From Candidatus Parcubacteria bacterium (lineage in GTDB: Bacteria > Patescibacteriota > Minisyncoccia > UBA6257 > 2-01-FULL-56-20): a stretch of DNA of 64,000 bases. Below the pieces are notes generated by a model, which saw only the letters and a program-made list of their open reading frames with translations, did no database searches and had not been told where the DNA came from. Below are positions 56,826 through 64,000 of the stretch, in pieces. The position numbers and the translations under genes were made by a program. Position 1 is the first letter of the stretch, and every line of letters starts with the position of its first letter. The stretch is from assembly GCA_027450205.1 (NCBI GenBank), contig DAIDJL010000004.1, forward strand, positions 139,932 through 203,931. The letters run 5' to 3'.

Positions 56826-58047
56826 AAGTGAATGTATACGCCTGTAATCCCGCCGACTCGATGATCAGCTGGAGGGTATGCCGCCCGCCCGCGGCCGGAT
56901 TGTCCACCAGATCATACAGTCGGCTCCCGGAAATAGTTACCTTGCCATTGTGTACATCGCTACCCGCCGCCGAATTCGGGAGTGGTTGGCCGTCCTGCAT
57001 CACATCCACGATCGTTCCCGTCGCGGCTCCCGCCGCCACCATATACACCTTGCCGGCATTATATTCGTAGGTGATCGTCGCGCCGGAGCTCAAATTCTTC
57101 GCATACTGGTCTTCAAAGTCCCATATTCCACCAAGATATAATCGATTGATGTCAATCGCGCTCATTGCAGGCGTTGTAAGCGTTTGGTTGCCATTCACAA
57201 AGAACGCGCCGTTGGCGAGCAGGCTGTTCCGTGCCGCGCCGAAATAGGTTTCCGGACTGTCGATCTCGCTTAAGTTCGGCGGAATGATGTTTACTGTAGA
57301 CGTTGCGATCGCCGACGCGCTCGTACCGAGTATCTGCGCGCGCTGATCCAACAGTTTTTGGATATCCGTTTCCGTTTCAGAATAATATCCCTCGCCGATC
57401 TGATCGTGCACGATATATCCCGCTATATCTATTAAATATTCATGCGGCCAATAAAGATTATCGTAGGCATTCCATGTTCCCTGATTGTTATCGAGCACGA
57501 CGGGGTAATGGATGCCATATTCCTGCACGGCATTCTGTACGTTCGTAAGATTTTTTTCAAAATCAAATTCCGGTGTGTGAATACCGACGATCTCCAGTCC
57601 CTGCGCCGCGTATTTTTGATACCACGCATTGAGGTATGGGATCGTGCGCACGGAATTGATGTTGCTATAGGTCCAAAAATCCAACAGGATCACCTTCTTT
57701 CCGATGGCACTGGACAATCTGAATCCCGGCGCAGTATTGATGAATCCCGTCGGATCCGCGATCTCAATCGCCGGTTTATCTCCTGCCGCCCTGTCCGCGA
57801 CTGCAAGCCGCGCGATCGCGGTCTTCTCGCCGCTATTCAATTGAACTGCCGGCGGCGCACCGGCGACGGCGGTGTTCGTGGCATTTGCCGGGCTGCTGGA
57901 AGCGTCCGCGGGCAACGAACTTACGCCGACCGCCGGCGCACTTTCACCGGGTGCGCTCGGGCGCGCCTTTGAGGTTTCAAAATACCAAATGGAACCAACC
58001 GCCGCCAATATGATGATTATAAATATTGCTTTTTTCTTGGCGTTCAT
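56818..58047 (-). CDS. Membrane-anchored thioredoxin-fold (TlpA/redoxin-like) protein lacking the CxxC pair, plus an about 200-aa C-terminal domain of unknown function
   Basis: VILLDFWTYSNINSVRTIPYL aligns to the TlpA/ResA FWASWCxPC region with the Cys pair replaced. Overlaps the msrA start by 8 nt. Confidence 0.45.
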   Translation of the reverse strand: MNAKKKAIFIIIILAAVGSIWYFETSKARPSAPGESAPAVGVSSLPADASSSPANATNTAVAGAPPAVQLNSGEKTAIARLAVADRAAGDKPAIEIADPTGFINTAPGFRLSSAIGKKVILLDFWTYSNINSVRTIPYLNAWYQKYAAQGLEIVGIHTPEFDFEKNLTNVQNAVQEYGIHYPVVLDNNQGTWNAYDNLYWPHEYLIDIAGYIVHDQIGEGYYSETETDIQKLLDQRAQILGTSASAIATSTVNIIPPNLSEIDSPETYFGAARNSLLANGAFFVNGNQTLTTPAMSAIDINRLYLGGIWDFEDQYAKNLSSGATITYEYNAGKVYMVAAGAATGTIVDVMQDGQPLPNSAAGSDVHNGKVTISGSRLYDLVDNPAAGGRHTLQLIIESAGLQAYTFTFG

Positions 58048-58148
58048 AAAGATACCGTTGTCGATTATTTGCCTATAGTATACCCTATGAATGCGCCCGT
58101 GCGCGAAACCCCATATCTGTCCCGGAGATTGCGCGGTATACTGAAATA

Positions 58149-58631
58149 ATGAGACTTCTTCCGGAAAAAGATTATCATGAACTGTTCCGCATCGGCATAT
58201 TCCTGAAAGCGGCTGACGGCTTTATTGAGGCGTGCGTCGGCATTTTTTTCTATTTTGTCGGCTATGCCACGATCGACGGCATGCTTTTCTCGGTTTTTCA
58301 CGGCGAGATCGTTGAAACCCCGCGCGATGCGTTTTGGCAATTCCTCATCAATGAATGGCATTCCGTCTCTCTTTCCAGCAACTCCTTTTGGGGATTGCTG
58401 TTCGTCGCCCATGGCGCGACAAAACTTATCCTTTCGGCGGCGCTCCTGCGGAACAAGCTATGGGCCTATCCGATTGCCGCCGTCGTGTTCTCCCTGTTTG
58501 TCGGATATGAGATCTATTCGCTCACACACCGCCCATCGCTTCTTTTATGGCTCATCACGGTCTTCGACATCATCGTCGTTGGATTGATCCTCCACGAATA
58601 CCGCCACCTCATAAAAACCCGCGTCGCATAG
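58149..58631 (+). CDS. DUF2127-family membrane protein
   Basis: YHELFRIGIFLKAADGFIEACVGIFFYF matches the DUF2127 N-terminal pattern; 4 TMs. Confidence 0.5.
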   Translation: MRLLPEKDYHELFRIGIFLKAADGFIEACVGIFFYFVGYATIDGMLFSVFHGEIVETPRDAFWQFLINEWHSVSLSSNSFWGLLFVAHGATKLILSAALLRNKLWAYPIAAVVFSLFVGYEIYSLTHRPSLLLWLITVFDIIVVGLILHEYRHLIKTRVA

Positions 58632-58647
58632 GGCGGCGGTTTTTATC

Positions 58648-60459
58648 CTACCAGGTCTTGTTCGCTTTCTTCCTTTCGTTTTCGTTCAAATATTTCTTAC
58701 GAATGCGGATATTCTGCGGCGTGATCTCCACAAGCTCATCATCGCTGATGTAATCCAGCGCATCCTCGAGCGTGAGCGTGAGCGGCACTTCAAGCTGGTC
58801 AGCCAACCCTTCGTTCTTTGCGCGGAAGTTCGTCAATTCCTTTTCGCGCGCCACATGCACAAGCACGTCACCTTCGCGTGGGGTCTCGCCCACCACCATG
58901 CCTTCATAGACCGCGACGCCGGCGCTGATGAAAAGCGTTCCCCTTCCCTGCGCGGTCACGAGGCCGTAATTATTGGAAGTGCCCGCCTGCGTGGCGACGA
59001 TGGAGCCGTGCAGCAACGGCGGAAGATCGCCTTTGTACGGTTCATATCCCAAAAAGATCGTGTTCATGATGCCGGTGCCCTTCGTGGAAGTTAAAAATTT
59101 ATTACGAATGCCGATGAGTCCGCGCGTAGGGATCGTAAAGTCCATATATGCGTTCTTATTATCGTCCACGCGCATGTTCGTCATCATACCGAGACGCTTG
59201 CCCATCATCTCAATGACGGTGCCGGAATACGCTTCCGGAACCTCAATAGAAACCAATTCCATCGGCTCGGTCTTCTTGCCATCAACCTCTTTATAGATGA
59301 CCTGCGGCTTGGAAACTTCGAGTTCAAAACCCTCACGGCGCATTTTCTCAATAAGGATGGCCAAATGGAGTTCGCCGCGGCCGGCGACCACCCAACGGTC
59401 GCTCGCTTCCGTCGGCGTTACCGCAAGCGCGACATCGGTCTCCAGCTCTTTTTCCAGGCGATCCTTAAGATTGCGCGAGGTGGTAAACTTTCCCTCCTTG
59501 CCACGGAACGGCGAGGTATTCACGGAAAACGTCATCTTGATCGTCGGCTCGTCGATATGGATCGTCGGCAGCGCGATCGGATGGTCCGGGTCGGCGATCG
59601 TTTCTCCGATGGAAACATCCGGGATCCCTGCGATGCAAACGATCTCGCCGGCGTTCGCGGATTCAACTTCCATTTTCCCAAGGCCGTCGAACAACATCAC
59701 CGACGTGATCGCAACTTTCTTTATCTCGCCCGCGCGGTTGATATGCGCGACGGTCATATTTTTTTTGAGCGTTCCCGAATAGAGGCGGCCGATGGCGATC
59801 TTGCCCTTATAATTATCGTACGCCAAGTTGACCGTAAGCATCTGCAGGGTATCAATGTCGCTCTTTTTTGGCGGCGGCAGATAATTGACGATCGTTTCAA
59901 ATACGGGCGAGATGTCGGTCATCTTTGAGAGGTCCTTCTCTTTGCCGGCCTTGCCTTCGCGTGCGGCGGCATAAATGACCGGGAATTCGATCTGCTCTTC
60001 CGTTGCATCAAGCTCAAAGAAAAGATCGTATGTTGCGTTGAGCGCCCACTCTACGCGCGCATCCGGCTTGTCGATCTTGTTCACGACGACGACGATCTTA
60101 TGACCGGCCTGAATCGCTTTGCGCAAAACAAACTTGGTCTGCGGCATCGGTCCTTCCTTTGCGTCGATGAGCAAGAGCACGCCGTCCACCATGCGCATGA
60201 TACGCTCCACTTCTCCGCCGAAATCGGCGTGACCGGGCGTATCCACGATATTGATCTTGGTATCTTTATAAATGACGGATGCGTTCTTGGAAAAAATCGT
60301 GATCCCGCGCTCGCGTTCGAGCTCGTTCGAATCCATAATAAGATCGCCGTTCTCGGCGGTCTTTTGCTTGAAACTCGCGGATTGCTTTAATAAGGCATCA
60401 ACGAGGGTCGTCTTGCCGTGGTCAACGTGAGCGATAATGGCGATATTTCGGATATCCAT
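58648..60459 (-). CDS. typA: Translational GTPase TypA/BipA
   Basis: [18 protein letters not shown] motifs; EF-G-like domains; start placed at MDIRNIAII. Confidence 0.9.
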   Translation of the reverse strand: MDIRNIAIIAHVDHGKTTLVDALLKQSASFKQKTAENGDLIMDSNELERERGITIFSKNASVIYKDTKINIVDTPGHADFGGEVERIMRMVDGVLLLIDAKEGPMPQTKFVLRKAIQAGHKIVVVVNKIDKPDARVEWALNATYDLFFELDATEEQIEFPVIYAAAREGKAGKEKDLSKMTDISPVFETIVNYLPPPKKSDIDTLQMLTVNLAYDNYKGKIAIGRLYSGTLKKNMTVAHINRAGEIKKVAITSVMLFDGLGKMEVESANAGEIVCIAGIPDVSIGETIADPDHPIALPTIHIDEPTIKMTFSVNTSPFRGKEGKFTTSRNLKDRLEKELETDVALAVTPTEASDRWVVAGRGELHLAILIEKMRREGFELEVSKPQVIYKEVDGKKTEPMELVSIEVPEAYSGTVIEMMGKRLGMMTNMRVDDNKNAYMDFTIPTRGLIGIRNKFLTSTKGTGIMNTIFLGYEPYKGDLPPLLHGSIVATQAGTSNNYGLVTAQGRGTLFISAGVAVYEGMVVGETPREGDVLVHVAREKELTNFRAKNEGLADQLEVPLTLTLEDALDYISDDELVEITPQNIRIRKKYLNENERKKANKTW

Positions 60460-60593
60460 GAAAACTTTATTAACAAACAGAAGCCGTGCCCCGCGACACG
60501 GTTTTCGGCCTGATGGAGGAATTATAATCAAAAATTAATGAAATAGCAATGGTTTCATATGGTACTATTAAGGTGAAATAAACAATAAATCCT

Positions 60594-61067
60594 ATGGAAC
60601 CGCTTGAGCCGAACATGCTGGCCCCGGACTTTACCCTTCCCGACCAGGATGGGGTGGGACATTCGCTCTCCCAATATCTCGGGCAATGGGTTCTGTTGTA
60701 TTTCTATCCGAAGGACGACACGCCGGGATGCACCAAAGAGGCGTGCTCGATCCGCGATGCATTCCCTCATTTTAAATCATTGAACATACAGGTGATCGGC
60801 GTAAGCGTGGACTCCGTGGAAAGCCATAAAAAATTTGCCGAAAAATATGACCTGCCGTTCACGCTCCTTTCTGACGCGCATAAAAGAGTAGTAGCGCTCT
60901 ACGGCGTCTGGGGCGAAAAGCATTTCATGGGACGCGAACACGAAGGCGTTATCCGCTCATCGTTCCTTATCGACCCCACGGGCACCATCGAAAAGATCTA
61001 TATCGACGTAAAGCCGGAAAAACATGCCGAAGAGGTTTTGCGCGACCTCAAACGGCTGGAAGAATAG
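60594..61067 (+). CDS. bcp: Peroxiredoxin Bcp (thiol peroxidase)
   Basis: PKDDTPGCTKEAC peroxidatic-Cys motif. Confidence 0.85.
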   Translation: MEPLEPNMLAPDFTLPDQDGVGHSLSQYLGQWVLLYFYPKDDTPGCTKEACSIRDAFPHFKSLNIQVIGVSVDSVESHKKFAEKYDLPFTLLSDAHKRVVALYGVWGEKHFMGREHEGVIRSSFLIDPTGTIEKIYIDVKPEKHAEEVLRDLKRLEE

Positions 61068-61217
61068 GGATTAAGGCCCTGCCGCTTGCAATTTTCCCCC
61101 GCCCGGGGTGATACTATAGGCAGAAACTTAACAAAACCTTCCGCTCTTTGACAGCCTTATATTTTTCCAAAAGGCCGTCATTATTGCACTGAGACATTAA
61201 TTAATCATTAACTATCC

Positions 61218-62174
61218 ATGAAAAGATTACTATTTTTCGCAGCACTGATAGTCGCAATAGGGAGCATTGGAGGGCATATTCTGACAGCGCACGCCCAAAC
61301 CACGAGTTCGCTCACGCCGGCACAAATTGCCGCACTTGAGCAGCAGCTCGATGTCGCCAAAGCCACTTTGGCAAACCTGGAGATGGAGGCAGGCGTCGTA
61401 CCGCCGACCGATTCCGGAACCCCGAGCACGATCCCGCCGTCCATAGCGGGAACCGGCTCGCAGAGTACGGCAACGCCGGCATCGGTTTCCGCATCTACGG
61501 GGCTTTCCGCAGACCAGATCAGCGCGTTCAACGCAACATTGAACACGCTCGCCGCGACGCTCACGCAGCTGAACACCTCGCTCGCCGCAAACACGACGCT
61601 CGCGCCTTCGCAGGAAGCTGCAGTACAGACGACGCTTAACGGCATGCAGGGCACGCTCGTTGCAATGGCCAACACCATCGCAACCGAGAAAAGCGCTCCG
61701 GCAACCGCGCCGGTGGCGGCAGCACAGCCGGCTGGTTCGCCGGTTGCAGTGAATAATCCATCCGCATCGCCCGCGCCGGGCGCATCCGCTCCGGCAACGC
61801 AAGCTCCGGCAGCTGCGCCCTCAACACCGGCGGTAGCGGCGCAAACCGCGCCAAGCGCCGACAACAGCGTACCGCAGACCGCGCAGGCATCGTCCATCTG
61901 GTCTTTCACCAAAGCCCACTGGCCGACCATCGTGATCGTTTTGCTTGTCATCGCGATCCTTGCGATCTTGTTCTGGCCGGAAAAAGAAACGGTAAGAACG
62001 GTATCCACGGCACCGTCGGGATCGGGAAAGCCTAAATCGGCTCCGACCGCGACCATGACCATGAACCAACAGACCGATTCCAATCAGCCACGGGCAGCAA
62101 TGAGCGGCAATTCCAGCGCTCCGTCGCCGGCAACACCGGTAGCGAGTGCAGTGGCCGCGCCGTCACAGAAATAA
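61218..62174 (+). CDS. Hypothetical secreted Ala/Pro/Thr-rich low-complexity protein with C-terminal TM anchor
   Basis: Signal peptide, low complexity, C-terminal TM. Confidence 0.4.
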   Translation: MKRLLFFAALIVAIGSIGGHILTAHAQTTSSLTPAQIAALEQQLDVAKATLANLEMEAGVVPPTDSGTPSTIPPSIAGTGSQSTATPASVSASTGLSADQISAFNATLNTLAATLTQLNTSLAANTTLAPSQEAAVQTTLNGMQGTLVAMANTIATEKSAPATAPVAAAQPAGSPVAVNNPSASPAPGASAPATQAPAAAPSTPAVAAQTAPSADNSVPQTAQASSIWSFTKAHWPTIVIVLLVIAILAILFWPEKETVRTVSTAPSGSGKPKSAPTATMTMNQQTDSNQPRAAMSGNSSAPSPATPVASAVAAPSQK

Positions 62175-62193
62175 GAGGTTCGTCATGAACCGG

Positions 62194-62224
62194 AAAAAAA
62201 CCGCCCCAAAGGCGGTTTTTTTTA
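62194..62224. terminator. Bidirectional rho-independent terminator
   Basis: AAAAAAACCGCC-ccaaa-GGCGGTTTTTTTTT. Confidence 0.8.
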
Positions 62225-62408
62225 TGAGCATTTCTCTATGATGATCGGCGTGTGATCAAATTGGCTGTTTGCGATATATCCCAAGCCAAAACTGAGAGAC
62301 GCCGCAAAGAACAGTATCGCGCCGAACGCGACCTCCCTTTTATGGACGGTGATATATCGCTTTATTTTTTCCACGCAATCACTATAACCGCACCCCTATT
62401 AAAACTAT

Positions 62409-63137
62409 CTAAAACTGCAAATAACTTTCCCATTTTCCATACAGTTCTCGCGTGGCGCGAATGTCGCGCACGTTGTACTTTGCAATGTCCAAAAACCTCT
62501 TTTTTTTGAAAAGCGGACCGACGTCATCCCCCGTCACGCCACCGGCTTTCGGGCTCGGGATACCGAACGCACGGGACCACAGGTGGAGACTCCCCTTCCG
62601 GCGCGTCGCGCCATAGAACGAAAGCTGTTCGGCGAGATCGATATGCAACGCCTCGGGATTGTTCTGGTAGAGATAACGGCCACGCATCAGATCTTTCGTC
62701 GGCCGGATTCCATGGACCGCGGAACGGATCATGATAAACGGCATATCGAACGCACGACCGTTGAATGTGATGAACACCTGATACCGCTCGGCAAGTTCCC
62801 AAAATTTTGCGAGCATATCCTTCTCCGTCATTTGCTTGAAACTGATACCATCCTCCTTGATCTCCGCGTTCCTCTGCCCTGGCGCCTGGTAGTACACCGC
62901 ACCCTCGTTCTTATGGTAATCAAGCAGACCGATCGCCACGATCTCGCCGGTGAGCGGCGAAAACCCCAGGCCGTTCTTAAGGTCTTCCAGCGCGATCTTG
63001 TACTCTTCTTCGCTGCCAGATTCCCGCTTGATCCAACGCGTGATATTTTCCTGGGTAGCTTTGTCGAGCGCCTCAAAATCCTCCCCGATGGTCTCGATAT
63101 CAAGAACAAGCTTGCTGGTTGTTGACATTACCTGCAT
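62409..63137 (-). CDS. DEDDy 3'-5' exonuclease, RNase H-like fold (PolB-exonuclease/YprB-like)
   Basis: Exo I LVLDIETIG; Exo II FNGRAFDMPF; Exo III YNVRDIRATRELY. Confidence 0.6.
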   Translation of the reverse strand: MQVMSTTSKLVLDIETIGEDFEALDKATQENITRWIKRESGSEEEYKIALEDLKNGLGFSPLTGEIVAIGLLDYHKNEGAVYYQAPGQRNAEIKEDGISFKQMTEKDMLAKFWELAERYQVFITFNGRAFDMPFIMIRSAVHGIRPTKDLMRGRYLYQNNPEALHIDLAEQLSFYGATRRKGSLHLWSRAFGIPSPKAGGVTGDDVGPLFKKKRFLDIAKYNVRDIRATRELYGKWESYLQF

Positions 63138-63175
63138 TCTAGCATAAAATGGATGAACAAATCGTTAACTGACAT

Positions 63176-63454
63176 ATGGCACATACCAAAGCTATCGGTT
63201 CAACTAAATTAGGGCGCGACTCCATCGCCAAGCGGCTTGGCGTCAAACTTCAGGACGGCCAGAAGGTGATGGTCGGCCAGATCATCGTCCGCCAGCGCGG
63301 CACCAAGTACACCCCGGGCGCGAACGTCATCCGTGCGGACGACGACACGCTCTTTGCCGGCAAGAACGGCGTCGTAAAATTTTCTACAAAAATGAAGGGG
63401 CACTTTGACGGCTCACGCCGCAAAGCAACAATGGTGCAGGTGATCATCGCATAA
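63176..63454 (+). CDS. rpmA: 50S ribosomal protein L27
   Basis: [16 protein letters not shown]…. Confidence 0.9.
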   Translation: MAHTKAIGSTKLGRDSIAKRLGVKLQDGQKVMVGQIIVRQRGTKYTPGANVIRADDDTLFAGKNGVVKFSTKMKGHFDGSRRKATMVQVIIA

Positions 63455-63475
63455 CCACGATCTTAATAAAGCGGG

Positions 63476-63510
63476 AAAAACCCCGGTGAATACCGGGGTT
63501 TTTATTTTTT
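63476..63510. terminator. Bidirectional rho-independent terminator between rpmA and rplI
   Basis: AAAAACCCCGGT-gaata-CCGGGGTTTTTATTTTTT. Confidence 0.8.
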
Positions 63511-63526
63511 CGTGACGGCGCAAGTC

Positions 63527-63976
63527 CTACTCGCCCTTTACCACAATCACCCCCAGTTTTGCAGCTACCCCTTTTTTGAGATCGATCGGCACGGAATATT
63601 CTCCAAGGTCTTTAATGGGATATTTAAGGTCGATGTCCACCCGCTCTGCACCGATCAGCTTATGTTCGCGAAGCGCCTTCATGATTGTTTCCTTATTGAC
63701 CGAACCGAATACGGCGCCAGACCTATCGGTCTTTACCTCGAACTGGATCTTAGTTTCATTTATCTTTTTCGCGAGGGATTGCAGATGGGCCAGCGCTTCC
63801 TTATCTTCTTTTTCATGTTCGGCCTTCACGGATTCAAGTTTTTTTATCGCCGCGGGCGTAGCCGTCTCGGCGAGCTTGTTGGGGAACAAAAAGTTTCGCG
63901 CATAACCGTCGCTCACATCCCTGATTTCATATTTCTTTCCGACGTTGCGTACGTCACTTAAAAATATCACTTTCAT
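63527..63976 (-). CDS. rplI: 50S ribosomal protein L9
   Basis: [32 protein letters not shown]…. Confidence 0.9.
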   Translation of the reverse strand: MKVIFLSDVRNVGKKYEIRDVSDGYARNFLFPNKLAETATPAAIKKLESVKAEHEKEDKEALAHLQSLAKKINETKIQFEVKTDRSGAVFGSVNKETIMKALREHKLIGAERVDIDLKYPIKDLGEYSVPIDLKKGVAAKLGVIVVKGE

Positions 63977-64000
63977 GGTTTTTTAATGATATATATTGGC

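Noticed and set aside
62252-62509. 85-aa plus-strand ORF
   Set aside because: It overlaps the 3' end of the convergent DEDDy exonuclease gene by about 100 nt and has no RBS.
1-64000. CRISPR arrays, prophage structural genes, transposases/IS elements
   Set aside because: No regularly spaced direct repeats with unique spacers, no integrase/transposase-like ORF, and no capsid/terminase-like proteins were seen on either strand.

Overview
Overview: 64 kb from a compact, high-GC bacterial chromosome. It is dominated by housekeeping genes: cell-wall synthesis (ftsW fragment, murG, murC, murA, mraY, a D-Ala-D-Ala carboxypeptidase, an M23 peptidase), translation (gltX, glyQS, frr, tsf, rpsB, rpmA, rplI, typA, obg, tig, greA, an ABC-F protein), replication/segregation (holB, dnaX, scpAB, recO), mreB, msrAB, bcp, a MacAB/HlyD-type tripartite ABC efflux cluster and a complete minus-strand type IV pilus operon (pilB-pilC-minor pilins-pilin). 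Two tRNAs are present: tRNA-Tyr(GTA) on the minus strand and tRNA-Gln(CTG) on the plus strand. Most interesting feature: a visibly AT-richer ~3.4 kb islet (about 27270-30700) between recO and tRNA-Tyr. It carries small accessory genes (DUF488, minimal SET domain, ASCH, degenerate NUDIX, an unknown 241-aa protein) and two strongly signalled small hydrophobic-peptide genes. Degenerate copies of the tRNA-Tyr 3' end punctuate it, together with two homologous ~135-150 nt structured elements (R1/R2) whose hairpins covary. I read this as a tRNA-Tyr integration hotspot holding an integrase-less cassette array, not a described system. Other notable items: a Cas4-like Fe-S PD-(D/E)xK nuclease next to murC; a secreted protein with five tandem 4-Cys repeats beside the pilus operon; an unlisted 50-aa zinc-ribbon ORF between mraY and rpsB; a Cys-less thioredoxin-fold protein heading the msrAB operon; several promoters whose -10 sits 6-9 nt from the start codon (leaderless mRNAs). 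Lineage: gene content and organisation (short EF-Ts, DUF763, pilus operon without PilMNOQ, many small secreted low-complexity proteins) are compatible with a Patescibacteria/CPR-like lineage, but that is inference. Coordinate caveat: all internal start positions were derived by hand and may be off by 1-3 nt.
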